Assembly: GCA_963840855.1 (NCBI GenBank)
Contig: CAWJBB010000039.1
Span: forward strand, 60,517 to 124,516
Origin: an uncultured delta proteobacterium
Lineage (GTDB): Bacteria > Desulfobacterota > Binatia > UBA9968
Direction: 5' to 3'
DNA: 64,000 nucleotides
Shown: piece after piece, positions 46,649-56,712 of the stretch
Numbering within the stretch: position 1 is the first letter of the stretch
Layout: every line of letters starts with the position of its first letter
Notes under the pieces: generated by a model
Database searches by the model: none
Seen by the model: the letters and a program-made list of their open reading frames with translations, nothing else
Told to the model about the DNA's origin: nothing
Program-made: the position numbers and the translations under genes

Positions 46649-49600
46649 ATGGGACAGGAAGAATACCAAGAACTTTCATCGTTTTTGCGGCGTTTTGCGC
46701 GCCGTTTGACCTTCGTTCAGGGAATCGAAGGCCTTTGTCTTACGGCGATCTGCGCTCTCGTGCTCTTTGCTTTGGGGCCCGCCATCAAAGAGCTAGTGTA
46801 TTTCATGCCCTACGCCCCCGTGGCCTATAGCGCCCTGACCGCCCTCGTGCTGGTTGTCATGGCGGCATGGACCATTTTCCGTTTTTTCCGCCGGCTTTCT
46901 CAGGAACGGGCCGCTCTCTACATCGAACAGAAACGGCCGCGGCTGCGCAATAATTTAATCAATTCATTGCAGCTCTATCCTCAGGTCGCCGAGTCGAAAG
47001 ATACGTCCGGCTTCTCAACGGCCATGGTGCTCGCGCTGCTGCGCAGCACGCGCCGGCAGATTGCCGCGTTGAAGGTGGACGAATTGATCGACACACAGCG
47101 GCTAAAAGCCAGCCTGCGCCTGCTGGCGCTGATTTTCGCGCCGGTCTTGGCCGCCGTGCTGTTCAATCCGTCGTGGGTCGGTGAAACCTATAGTTTGCTT
47201 ACCCGCCCGCTGGATCACCTGCCGCCGTCGGTGATCGTGATCGACGTCGAGCCGAAGAATCTTCGCGTCGCCCGTGGCGCGCGGGTGGCGATCCAGGCGG
47301 CAACTTCCGGCGCCGTTGCTGAATCCCTCGACCTGCTCGTCGCCGGCGGCAACACCGATGCCGGCCAGTCCGGGCGTGAAGAGAAACTTTCCATGGAAAA
47401 CCTCGGCGGCGGGAAATTCAGCCTCACCATACCGCGCCTGGAAAAGAGCCTCCGTTATCGCGCCGTGACCGGCGCCTTCTCCTCGCCGGTTTACCTCGCC
47501 GTGGCCGTCGATCCGCCGGAAATCGCCGACATCCAGATCACGCTTTACCCGCCGGCCTACGCCGGCCTCGCCTCGGTGTCATCGCCGGGCGGCAATATCG
47601 AAGGACTCAAAGGCTCGACGTTGCGCCTCGACGCCATGGCCACCAAAGATATTAACAAGGGCGAACTCATCCTCGATGATGGGAAAAAGGTGCCGCTCAA
47701 GATCGAAGGCAGAAAGCTGCAAGCCAATCTAGTCCTGTTTCAATCGCAGCAGTACCGCATCGTGGTCGAGGATGCTTTCGGCTTTCAGAATTCCCCCATC
47801 GCCTACGAGCTGCGCGCAAAACCGGACGGTTTCCCCACCGTTGATCTTTTGGCGCCCACGGACGACCTGGAAGTCAACGGCGATGAAGTCTTACCGCTCG
47901 AATACAGTGCGCGCGACGATTTTGGCATCGGCGAAATCAATCTGGTCGCCAAAATAAGCGAGCGCGAAGAAAAAATTCGCCTCGAGAAGGATGATGTCAG
48001 GCGGTTGATTCTGCGCGGCCAGTTCAAATGGGACCTCGGCAAGCTGGCGTTGCGCGAGGGCGAAGAAGCGCTTTTTCATCTCCAGGTGCTGGACAATGAC
48101 ACCATCAGCGGCCCCAAGCTAGGACTGTCCAAGTCAGTCAGGCTCCGGCTCAAAAATCTCAAAGCCGAGCACAGGCAAGTCGCGCAAATGATCCAGGATT
48201 TGAATAACCGCATGCTCGATCTCCTCGGCGACCATTTGGAATCACCCCCGCCCGGCGATAAGAACGCGCCCATGGGGAGCGACAACGACCAAAAGCTCGA
48301 AAAGAGTCTCGCCGATGCGCTCAAGCGCACCGAAGAAGCGATCCAGCGCACCGAAAAGGACCGGATGTCCGATTTTGCGACATGGAGCGATCTTGACGCG
48401 CTCAAGCGCAACCTCGAGTTCACCAAGGACGAGCTTTTGCAGCGCCAGCAGCAGGCGACGGCGGCTGAGGACAAGCTGCGGGCGCGCGACGATATCTCCG
48501 CCGAGCTGGAGCGGATGTCGCTGCTTTCCGAAGACATCGGCAAGCGGCTCAAGGCCCAGGAGGCCGCCACCACCGCCCAGGACCTGGCGCGCAGTCAGGA
48601 GCGGCTCATGGACGCCCTGGACAAACTCCAGAGCGGCGATAAAAATCTCGACGCGATCATGAAGCAGATTTCGGAGCTAGCCAAGGCTCTCGCCTCGCTG
48701 CAACAAGCGTTGTCGCAAATGGCGCAGCAGCTCCCCGACGATTTCATGAACTCTGAAGCCATGCGCAGCCTCGGTTTCAATGAAATGTTTTCGGCCCTCG
48801 ATGAAATCCGCAAGAAGCTCATGGCCGGCGATATCGAAGGCGCCCGCCAGCTGGCCCGCGAGCTGTTCAACCAAATGGCCGCAATGGTGGCGTCGTTGCA
48901 AAATTCTCAGCGCCAATCCATGGCCTCGAGTATGGGACGCATGCAGGGCGAGATGCAGCGCTCGACCAACGAGCTGCAGCAAATCGCCCGCGAACAGCAG
49001 GAAATTCTGCTCGGCACCGAAGGGGTCAACAACTCGGCGCTCAGCGAGCGCGACAGCTCCCTCAAGGAAAAACTCGACCGCTTTTTGGCCAAGGCCTTGA
49101 AGGATCTGGGCCAGCTCACGCAGGAATTTCCCGACCGCGAAGGCGGCGACGACGATCCGGAAATCACCAAAAAGCTCGACGATGCCACCATGAACCAGTT
49201 GGTTAAGAATTTGATCGCCAAGCTCCTGGCTAAGGACTTTCCCGGCTATGGTGAAGGGGACAAGCTGGCGCGCAATGAGTTGGCGAAACCGCGCACGCCC
49301 GCGCAGGAGCCCAAAGCGCAGCGGGCCGAGGCCACGTTGAAGAATCTTAAATCTGAACTGGACGCCTTGATGGGCACGCCGGGCGGAGCTGCGCAAGCGT
49401 TAAACGAAGCGGATAGAAAAGCGATTCGCGATCTCGCCCAGCGCCAGAGCGCGCTCAAGGAGCGCACCGAGGATCTGCACGAAAAACTCGATTCTCTGTT
49501 CCAGCTTTTCCCAAACCTGGACCCGAAAATATTGCAGGGCATCAAAGAGGCGGGAAACTCCATGGGTTCCGCCTCGGAGCGTCTCGGCAAACTCGACTCG

Positions 49601-49972
49601 CCGGGGGCGGTGCCCCCGGAGCGCAGCGCCCTCGAACGTCTGTCGCAGTCGCAGCAGCAAATGCAGTCGGCGATGCAGCAAATGGCGCAGCGCGGGCAGC
49701 TTGGCAACATGCCGGTGACCCGGCTTTTCCGCCAGGGCCGCTTCATGCCGGGGGGCATGCTCGTGCCGCTGCCCGGCATGCCGCAGTTTCCCCAGTTCGA
49801 CGTGGAGGGCGGCGTCACAGGTCTGGAGATCGAACGGTTCCGACTGCCCGGCAAGGAAGATTACAAGGCGCCGCGTAATTTCCGCGAAGAAATCCTCGAG
49901 TCCTTGAAGCAAGGGGTCCCACCGCAGATGAAAGACCAGATCGAGCGCTATTTTAAAAATCTCTCAGAGTAG
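46649..49972 (+). CDS. DUF4175-like membrane protein with long Gln/Met-rich coiled coil
   Basis: N-terminal TMs, LRNNLINSLQL, YPPAY, ARDDFGI, DNDTISGPK, C-terminal ERYFKNL. Confidence 0.8.
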   Translation: MGQEEYQELSSFLRRFARRLTFVQGIEGLCLTAICALVLFALGPAIKELVYFMPYAPVAYSALTALVLVVMAAWTIFRFFRRLSQERAALYIEQKRPRLRNNLINSLQLYPQVAESKDTSGFSTAMVLALLRSTRRQIAALKVDELIDTQRLKASLRLLALIFAPVLAAVLFNPSWVGETYSLLTRPLDHLPPSVIVIDVEPKNLRVARGARVAIQAATSGAVAESLDLLVAGGNTDAGQSGREEKLSMENLGGGKFSLTIPRLEKSLRYRAVTGAFSSPVYLAVAVDPPEIADIQITLYPPAYAGLASVSSPGGNIEGLKGSTLRLDAMATKDINKGELILDDGKKVPLKIEGRKLQANLVLFQSQQYRIVVEDAFGFQNSPIAYELRAKPDGFPTVDLLAPTDDLEVNGDEVLPLEYSARDDFGIGEINLVAKISEREEKIRLEKDDVRRLILRGQFKWDLGKLALREGEEALFHLQVLDNDTISGPKLGLSKSVRLRLKNLKAEHRQVAQMIQDLNNRMLDLLGDHLESPPPGDKNAPMGSDNDQKLEKSLADALKRTEEAIQRTEKDRMSDFATWSDLDALKRNLEFTKDELLQRQQQATAAEDKLRARDDISAELERMSLLSEDIGKRLKAQEAATTAQDLARSQERLMDALDKLQSGDKNLDAIMKQISELAKALASLQQALSQMAQQLPDDFMNSEAMRSLGFNEMFSALDEIRKKLMAGDIEGARQLARELFNQMAAMVASLQNSQRQSMASSMGRMQGEMQRSTNELQQIAREQQEILLGTEGVNNSALSERDSSLKEKLDRFLAKALKDLGQLTQEFPDREGGDDDPEITKKLDDATMNQLVKNLIAKLLAKDFPGYGEGDKLARNELAKPRTPAQEPKAQRAEATLKNLKSELDALMGTPGGAAQALNEADRKAIRDLAQRQSALKERTEDLHEKLDSLFQLFPNLDPKILQGIKEAGNSMGSASERLGKLDSPGAVPPERSALERLSQSQQQMQSAMQQMAQRGQLGNMPVTRLFRQGRFMPGGMLVPLPGMPQFPQFDVEGGVTGLEIERFRLPGKEDYKAPRNFREEILESLKQGVPPQMKDQIERYFKNLSE

Positions 49973-50016
49973 TTCTCCGGTGAAATATCGAAATTTGTTT
50001 TTTCTGGTTTTGGGTC

Positions 50017-51567
50017 TTGCTGTTTGGCGCGGCTCGTCTATACGGCGCCGAGGCCGACCCTAAATTCAAACCCGGCGATGAACTTCTGGATGCCTGGCGC
50101 ACGGCCGAGGCGGAAGAGTTCGCCGCCAAGGCGCTGCGGGAAAACGCCAAATCGGCGGGCGCCCACGCTTTCGACGGCCGGTTGAAGTTCTACCAGGGGC
50201 GCTATCAAGACGCGCTTACGGCTTTCGACAAAGCGTTGGCCATCGATTCCAAAGACGAGCGCCACCAGGGTTACAAGCTGCTCGCGCAATTCACCGTCGA
50301 TGTCGTAAAAAACCTGAAACGCTTCGAGAGCGCCCATTTCGTTCTTCATCTCGACGACAAGCGCGACGGCATTCTGGCTGCCTATGCTTTGGACACTTTG
50401 GAAAAGAGCTACGCGGCCATCGGCGCCGAGCTGGGTTATTACCCGAAAGACAAGGTCCGCGTCGAGATCGCGCCGGACGCTTCGAGCTTCAATGCCATCT
50501 CGACCCTGTCGCTGCGCGACATCGAAGAGACCGGCGCGGTGGGCATCTGTAAATTCAACAAGCTCATGATCATCTCGCCCAGGGCGCTGAGCTTAGGTTA
50601 CCGCTGGGTCGATTCGCTGAGCCACGAGTATGTGCACTACGCCATCGTCGGCCTGAGCAATAATAAAGCGCCCATCTGGCTCCATGAGGGTATGGCGCGC
50701 TTCTTTGAAACCCGCTGGCGCAAACCGGCGCCGGCCAAGGACGCCGCCGAGGATTATCTGACTCCCGCCAACCAGACGCTACTGGTGCAAGCTCTGGAGA
50801 AAAACCAGTTCATCGGCTTTAAAAAAATGGAGCCGTCGCTGATTTATCTGGAGACGCCGGAGCAGGTCCAGTTGGCGTACGCTGAAGCGGCATCCGCGGT
50901 GGACTTCATCAACAGCAGTAAGGGGCGAAACGGCGTGCGCGAACTGCTCGCCGCCTTGACTGACAAGTCGGCGCCCGAAGCCATCGAAAAAATGTTCGGT
51001 CTGTCCTTCGACGCCTTTGAGTCCCAATGGAAAGGTTTTCTAAAAAACAAAGGTCTCAAGCCCATCGAAGGCAGTCGTGTGCGCAAGCTCAGGGTCAAAA
51101 AAGACGGCCGGGAAGATGAAGAGGCGGTGGAGCTGAGGGAAATTCAATCCAACGTGGCGCGCAACCGCACGCACCTCGCCGACCAGCTTCTGGGTCGCGG
51201 TCGCACCGAAGCGGCCGCCAATGAATACCACCGGGCGTTGCAAATCAGTCCCCACTCGCCGATCATCCTGAACAAACTGGGGCGAGTTTTCATCCAACTA
51301 AACCGCCTGGACGACGCCCGGGATGCGCTCAAGAAGGCCCTCGACGTCGATCCCGATAGCGCCAACACTTATGTTCAATTGGGCCGGGTCCATCATGCGG
51401 GGAAAAACTATCGCGAGGCGCGAGGCGCGCTCGAGGAAGCGGTGCAGATCAATCCTTTCAACCCGATGATCTATCGTTTGCTCGGCGAGAGCTACGCCGC
51501 CTTGGGGGAAACCCAAAAAGCCCAGGCGGCGCGCGCAAACTTGGACAAGCTCATGGGCGCCAATTGA
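50017..51567 (+). CDS. TPR protein with peptidase MA/gluzincin-like domain
   Basis: LSHEYVH...PIWLHEGMA...LAY; TPRs at both ends; true start probably GTG 49980 with a +1 frameshift. Confidence 0.82.
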   Translation: MLFGAARLYGAEADPKFKPGDELLDAWRTAEAEEFAAKALRENAKSAGAHAFDGRLKFYQGRYQDALTAFDKALAIDSKDERHQGYKLLAQFTVDVVKNLKRFESAHFVLHLDDKRDGILAAYALDTLEKSYAAIGAELGYYPKDKVRVEIAPDASSFNAISTLSLRDIEETGAVGICKFNKLMIISPRALSLGYRWVDSLSHEYVHYAIVGLSNNKAPIWLHEGMARFFETRWRKPAPAKDAAEDYLTPANQTLLVQALEKNQFIGFKKMEPSLIYLETPEQVQLAYAEAASAVDFINSSKGRNGVRELLAALTDKSAPEAIEKMFGLSFDAFESQWKGFLKNKGLKPIEGSRVRKLRVKKDGREDEEAVELREIQSNVARNRTHLADQLLGRGRTEAAANEYHRALQISPHSPIILNKLGRVFIQLNRLDDARDALKKALDVDPDSANTYVQLGRVHHAGKNYREARGALEEAVQINPFNPMIYRLLGESYAALGETQKAQAARANLDKLMGAN

Positions 51568-51577
51568 AAAGGAGTTA

Positions 51578-52606
51578 ATGGAGTCAATGGTGATTCAGCA
51601 ACACGAGATCGCGGAGATCGAAGAGTTTGCCGCCAAACGGGATACGATGATCGGCGAAATTCGCAAGGTCATCGTCGGGCAAGATCGCGTCATCGAGGAG
51701 GTCTTGACCGCGCTCTTCGCCAGGGGACATTGCCTGTTGGTCGGGGTGCCGGGACTGGCCAAGACGCTGCTCATCAGCACGCTGGCGGATATTCTCGATT
51801 TGAACTTCAACCGTATCCAGTTCACCCCGGACTTGATGCCTTCGGACATTACCGGCACCGACATCTTGCAGGAGGACGCGACGACGGGGCGCAGGCAGCT
51901 GCAATTTCTCAGAGGGCCGATTTTCACGAATATCTTACTCGCTGACGAAATCAACCGGACGCCGCCCAAGACCCAGGCGGCGCTGCTGCAGTCGATGCAA
52001 GAGTACAAAGTCACCGCCAGCGGCACGACCTACCCTCTGGATCTGCCCTTTTTTGTTCTGGCGACGCAGAACCCCATCGAGCAGGAGGGCACCTATCCTT
52101 TGCCCGAAGCCCAACTCGACCGCTTCATGCTGAACATCGAGATTGGCTACCCGGATTTTGACGACGAAGTGCAGATCGTCATGCAAACCACATCCACAGA
52201 GAAGCCGGCGCCGCGCAAGGTCATGGAAGGCGCCTCGATTCTGCGCTGCCAGGAACTGGTGCGGCGCGTGCCGGTCTCGCCGTTCGTCGTGTCCTACGCC
52301 GTCGCCCTTGCGCAGCGCTCACGGCCGGGAACCGCCGACGCCCCGCAGTTCGTCAAGGATTTCGTCGAATGGGGCGCCGGGCCGCGCGCATCGCAGTATC
52401 TCATCCTCGGCGCCAAGGCGCGCACGATGCTCCAGGGGCGCTATGCGGTCTCCATCGAAGATATCCAAGCGCTGGCCCCTTCCGTGCTGCGCCACCGCAT
52501 CGTTCCCAACTTCAAGGCCCAGGGAGAAGGCCTCACCTCGCTGGACATCATCCGCCGGCTGTTACAAGAAGTGAAGCCATCGGCCGATGGCCGAGCCGCA
52601 ATGTAG
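51578..52606 (+). CDS. moxR: MoxR-family AAA+ ATPase
   Basis: GVPGLAKT, RIQFTPDLMPSDITG, LADEINR, ATQNPIEQEGTYPLPEAQLDRF. Confidence 0.95.
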   Translation: MESMVIQQHEIAEIEEFAAKRDTMIGEIRKVIVGQDRVIEEVLTALFARGHCLLVGVPGLAKTLLISTLADILDLNFNRIQFTPDLMPSDITGTDILQEDATTGRRQLQFLRGPIFTNILLADEINRTPPKTQAALLQSMQEYKVTASGTTYPLDLPFFVLATQNPIEQEGTYPLPEAQLDRFMLNIEIGYPDFDDEVQIVMQTTSTEKPAPRKVMEGASILRCQELVRRVPVSPFVVSYAVALAQRSRPGTADAPQFVKDFVEWGAGPRASQYLILGAKARTMLQGRYAVSIEDIQALAPSVLRHRIVPNFKAQGEGLTSLDIIRRLLQEVKPSADGRAAM

Positions 52607-52733
52607 CCGCTGCGGCGGCGATAACTGCCACACGGTTCGCGCTTGCTCTCGCGTATAAATAAACCGGGCTAGAGTATCCCATACGCCGGTGGTAAGGGAA
52701 TAGCAGGCGCGCAGTACGAAGACCAAAAACTTG

Positions 52734-52791
52734 GAAGATTGAAGATAGACGATGGCGGATAGCGAGCAGCAATCGTCCATCGGCAATTTTC
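52734..52791. repeat. Degenerate heptamer-period inverted-arm element
   Basis: GAAGATT GAAGATA GACGATG GCGGATA GCG ... AATCGTC CATCGGC AATTTTC. Confidence 0.5.
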
Positions 52792-52807
52792 GGTTATTGA
52801 AAAAGAC

Positions 52808-53701
52808 ATGGCTAACGGCGACACAAAAAACTATTTCGATCCGAAAGTGCTCGCGGGCATATCCAATCTCTATCTGCGCGCGCGCTGGGTGGTGGAAGGG
52901 ATTATTTCCGGCATACACAAGAGCCGCGCCAAAGGCTTCAGCGTCGAGTTCGAGGCCCACCGCGAATACTCGCCGGGCGATGAAATCCGCCGCATCGATT
53001 GGAAGGCGCTGGGAAAATTCGACCGCTACTTCATTAAGGAATACGAAGACGAAACCAACTTGCGCGCTTATCTATGCCTCGACGCCAGCGCGTCCATGGA
53101 TTACGCTTCCGATGGCGTGACCAAGTTTGACTATGGCTGTACGCTCACCGCCTCCCTAGCCTATCTCATCCTAAGGCAGCAGGACGCCGCCGGTCTGGTG
53201 ACCTTTTCGAACCGCATCGAGAGCTTCGTCCCGCCGCGCGCCAAGCGCGACTATTTGACGCAGATCCTCCGCGCCCTGGAGAACCGCGGTCCCGCGGGCG
53301 AGACCAATGTCGGCAAGATCCTCGAAGAGGTCGCCGGGCAGATCAAACGGCGGGGCTTGGTAGTCCTCGTATCCGACTTGCTCGACGAGCCGGAACCGAT
53401 TCTCAAGGCGCTCCGCCTCTTTCGCTTCAAGGGCAACGACGTGATTGTGTTTCACCTGTTGGACCCGGCGGAACTGGAATTGCCCTTCGAAGGCAACATA
53501 CTTTTCGAAGACATGGAAGCGCTCGATCTTCGCGTTGTCGCCGACCCGCGCGCGATCCGCAAGACCTACCAGCAAGTCGTCGATGAGTTCGTCAGCGAGA
53601 TGCGCAAACAGTGCCACGATAGCGCCATCGACTACCAGTTGATCTCCACGGCCACCCCGCTGGACAAGGCCTTGGCCAGCTACCTGAGTTGGCGAGGATA
53701 G
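52808..53701 (+). CDS. DUF58 (vWA-like) protein
   Basis: GFSVEFEAHREYSPGDEIRRIDWK, DASASM, VSDLL. Confidence 0.92.
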   Translation: MANGDTKNYFDPKVLAGISNLYLRARWVVEGIISGIHKSRAKGFSVEFEAHREYSPGDEIRRIDWKALGKFDRYFIKEYEDETNLRAYLCLDASASMDYASDGVTKFDYGCTLTASLAYLILRQQDAAGLVTFSNRIESFVPPRAKRDYLTQILRALENRGPAGETNVGKILEEVAGQIKRRGLVVLVSDLLDEPEPILKALRLFRFKGNDVIVFHLLDPAELELPFEGNILFEDMEALDLRVVADPRAIRKTYQQVVDEFVSEMRKQCHDSAIDYQLISTATPLDKALASYLSWRG

Positions 53702-53708
53702 CCGCGCC

Positions 53709-55805
53709 ATGTCGGTTTTTTTTCTCCACCCGATCTATCTTTATGGCCTTCTCGCCGGGTCGCTGCCGATCCTGATCCATCTGCTCAATCGCCGCCGTAT
53801 GAAGCGCATACGTTTTCCCGCCGTGCGTTTCATTCTGCTGTCGCAAAAACGCATCTCGCGCAGCTACCGGCTGCGCCACTGGCTGCTGCTGGCGCTCAGA
53901 ACCACGGCAATTATTCTCCTTGCGCTGTTGCTGGCCAACCCGATCTTTCAAACCGGCGCCGGGCTGTTCGCCGGCGGCGGCACGGTCTCCCTGGTAATCC
54001 TGCTGGACAATTCGCTGAGCATGACCTGGAGCGGAGATGGGAGCGGTTTCAAGCAGGCAAAAGAAGCCGCGCGTCTGCTGATCGCCTCGCTCAACGACGG
54101 CGACCGGGCGGCTTTGATCCCGACCAATATTTCCGGCAAGGAGGCTTTTCGTCTCAAGGAAGAAAAAGAAGTCCTGTTAAGGGAATTGCAAGCCATCGAG
54201 ATCGCCGACGGCACCGCCAACTTTACCGCCGCGCTGGACAAAGCCTATGAATTGTTAAACGTCCCGGCGGGCCAGAGGGAAATTCGCTTGATCACGGACA
54301 TGGGCCTCACCGGCTGGGATCAATTTTCCATCGCCGCGCTCAAGCAATACGATCCTTCGATACCGCTAAAAACCATACGCGTCAGCGCTAAACAAAAGCC
54401 CCTCAACGGCGCCGTCAAGGAAGTCAAGCTCGGCGGCCAGGGCGCGGGCGTTAACTTGCCGTTGCAGATCGAGGCGGTGCTCGCCAACTTCGGCGCGGCG
54501 GAGATCAAAGACCTGCTGGTGCAATTGAGCATCGACGGCGAGACCAAGGAACAAAAACTCGCCACCGTTCCGCCGCGCGGCGAGACCAGCGTGAATTTTC
54601 AGTCGCGGCTCGCTAAACCGGGGTCGCATATGGGAGAAATCACGCTCAAGAAAGAAGGCTTCGCCGGGAGTCCGCGCACCTATTTCGCGCTCCATGCCCA
54701 AGACAAGCTCCATGTCTTGGTGGTCGACGGCGATCCCCAGACCGCGCTGGTGCGCAGCGAAACTTTTTTTCTCAGTCGTGCGCTCAACCCTACGGGAGAC
54801 CAGAACTCGTCGCTCTATTTACCCACCGTGATCGTTGCCGACGGCCTGGGTGCGGCGGCGCTCGAAACCTACCAGGTAGTGGCGCTTTGCAACGTCGCCG
54901 CGCTTACCGACGCGGTGGCACAAAAGCTCCGAAACTATCTCAGCCAGGGCGGTGGTCTGCTAATTTTCGGTGGTGACCGGTTGCAATCGGACAGTTACAA
55001 CCAAAAAATGACTCAAGCCCTGCCCGCGCCGCTGCGAGAAAAAAAAATCGCGCCGGAGGCCTCGGCTGAAAAAATCGGCAAAATCGATGTCACTCATCCC
55101 GCCCTCGAGAATTTTACCGATGCCATCTTGCAGGAATCCCTGGCTAGTTCTCGAGTCTGGGGATATTTCCGCGGCGACGGGGCCGGCAAGTCCACCCTCA
55201 TTTCGCTAGCCAACGGCGATCCCCTGGTCGCGGAACAAAAAGTCGGCATCGGACGGGTCGTTTTCATCGCAACTTCGGCGGACCGGGATTGGACCGATCT
55301 GCCGCTCAAGACCGCCTATCTACCGTTGGTTCAGGGGCTCACCAATTATCTCGCCGGCGGCAAACGGGGCGCACTCGACGGCGGCGTCCAAGTGGGCGGT
55401 ACGAAGGAGATTTCGCTGGCGCCCGGGGTAGTGGGAAAAAGTTTGCGGATCACCAAGCCCAACAGGCAGGAATCCGAGGTCGGCATCGTCGCCGATAGAG
55501 ACCGGTCCATCGCCCGCTTTGAAGAGAATGACCGCGCCGGTTTTTACCGCATCACTTTGCCGGCGGGTGCGGCAAAGGACACCGGCGCGCCGCCGCTCTA
55601 CGCGGTCAATCCACCTTTTCTTGAATCGCGCCTGGACGAGATCAACGAAGGCGAGCTGCAAGCGAAGCTTCGGCCGATTCAGGTCGAAGTCATCCCGGTC
55701 GAGGCTGTGCAGCAGGGTGGCAAAAGAACCGACCTGGCTCTTCCGTTACTGGGCCTGCTCATTGTAATCTTATTGTTCGAAGGCTGGTTGGCACAACGGT
55801 TTTAA
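53709..55805 (+). CDS. BatA N-terminal plus vWA domain membrane protein
   Basis: PILIHLLNR...FPAVRF...LLLALR, MIDAS DNSLSM, ITD, GGGLLIF, C-terminal TM with EGWL. Confidence 0.88.
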   Translation: MSVFFLHPIYLYGLLAGSLPILIHLLNRRRMKRIRFPAVRFILLSQKRISRSYRLRHWLLLALRTTAIILLALLLANPIFQTGAGLFAGGGTVSLVILLDNSLSMTWSGDGSGFKQAKEAARLLIASLNDGDRAALIPTNISGKEAFRLKEEKEVLLRELQAIEIADGTANFTAALDKAYELLNVPAGQREIRLITDMGLTGWDQFSIAALKQYDPSIPLKTIRVSAKQKPLNGAVKEVKLGGQGAGVNLPLQIEAVLANFGAAEIKDLLVQLSIDGETKEQKLATVPPRGETSVNFQSRLAKPGSHMGEITLKKEGFAGSPRTYFALHAQDKLHVLVVDGDPQTALVRSETFFLSRALNPTGDQNSSLYLPTVIVADGLGAAALETYQVVALCNVAALTDAVAQKLRNYLSQGGGLLIFGGDRLQSDSYNQKMTQALPAPLREKKIAPEASAEKIGKIDVTHPALENFTDAILQESLASSRVWGYFRGDGAGKSTLISLANGDPLVAEQKVGIGRVVFIATSADRDWTDLPLKTAYLPLVQGLTNYLAGGKRGALDGGVQVGGTKEISLAPGVVGKSLRITKPNRQESEVGIVADRDRSIARFEENDRAGFYRITLPAGAAKDTGAPPLYAVNPPFLESRLDEINEGELQAKLRPIQVEVIPVEAVQQGGKRTDLALPLLGLLIVILLFEGWLAQRF

Positions 55806-55818
55806 GCGAAAGATACTT

Positions 55819-55920
55819 AACCGCAAAGAACGCAAAGCGGAGAAGCCTTACCACGAAGGTCGCGAAGTTCAGAAAAAAGGATATCCGAACCCTCCGTGTT
55901 ATTCGCGCCTTTGTGGTGAA
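55819..55920. repeat. Nonamer-period inverted-arm element
   Basis: AACCGCAAAGAACGCAAAG..ACCACGAAGGTCGCGAAGTTC ... TCCGAACCCTCCGTG..TTCGCGCCTTTGTGGTG. Confidence 0.6.
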
Positions 55921-55938
55921 AAAACTTATTTACGACCT

Positions 55939-56709
55939 ATGAACCGCAGAGACTTTATTCGCGTCATCTCCCAAGGGGTTTTGGGCGCGGGACTTTTACC
56001 GGCGAAGGCCTGGGCGAATCATCCGAAGGAAAAGCGCGCCATTCAATTTGTCTTCGCCCAGATCAAATACCGCGGCGGCGACTGGAATCCCCATCCGCTG
56101 GCGGCAACACCGCTCATGGAAGAGTTGATGCTGCGCACCAGCGTCGAAGCGGCCACCGCGCGCCATGAAGTCACGCTCGGCGACCCCGATCTATTCAGTT
56201 ACCCGTTCCTCTATATTACCGGCAAGTACGAGTTCGAGCCGTTCACCCAAGAAGAGATCGAAACGCTGAGGCGCTTTCTTTCCTATGGCGGTTTTTTGCT
56301 CGCCGACGACGCCCTAGGACAAGTGGGGTACGGCTTCGACAAGGCATTGCGCCGCGAGCTTAAACGGGTTTTGCCCAACAACGATTTTCAACGCATGCCG
56401 TCCAGCCATGCGGCGCTGAGAAGTTATTATCTGCTGCGCCGCATCGGCGGCGTGCGTATCGCCAGTCCCAACCTGGACGCGATTGCCATCGGCGCCTCGA
56501 CACCGGTGATTTATTGCCAAAACGATTTGAGCGGTGCCTGGGAACGCGACCAGTTGGGTAAATGGACCAGCGCCTGCACTCCTGGCGGCGAAGAACAGCG
56601 GCGCGACGCCTTTCATCTGGGCATCAACGTGATCCTCTACGCCATGACGGAAAACTATAAGGACGATTTAATTCACGTGCCGTTCATCCGGCGCCGCTTG
56701 ACGAAATAG
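55939..56709 (+). CDS. DUF4159 protein with Tat signal
   Basis: MNRRDFI; GGDW, YPFLY, LRRFLSYGGFLLADD, NDLSGAW, GINVILYAMT.NYK.D. Confidence 0.88.
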   Translation: MNRRDFIRVISQGVLGAGLLPAKAWANHPKEKRAIQFVFAQIKYRGGDWNPHPLAATPLMEELMLRTSVEAATARHEVTLGDPDLFSYPFLYITGKYEFEPFTQEEIETLRRFLSYGGFLLADDALGQVGYGFDKALRRELKRVLPNNDFQRMPSSHAALRSYYLLRRIGGVRIASPNLDAIAIGASTPVIYCQNDLSGAWERDQLGKWTSACTPGGEEQRRDAFHLGINVILYAMTENYKDDLIHVPFIRRRLTK

Positions 56710-56712
56710 CTC

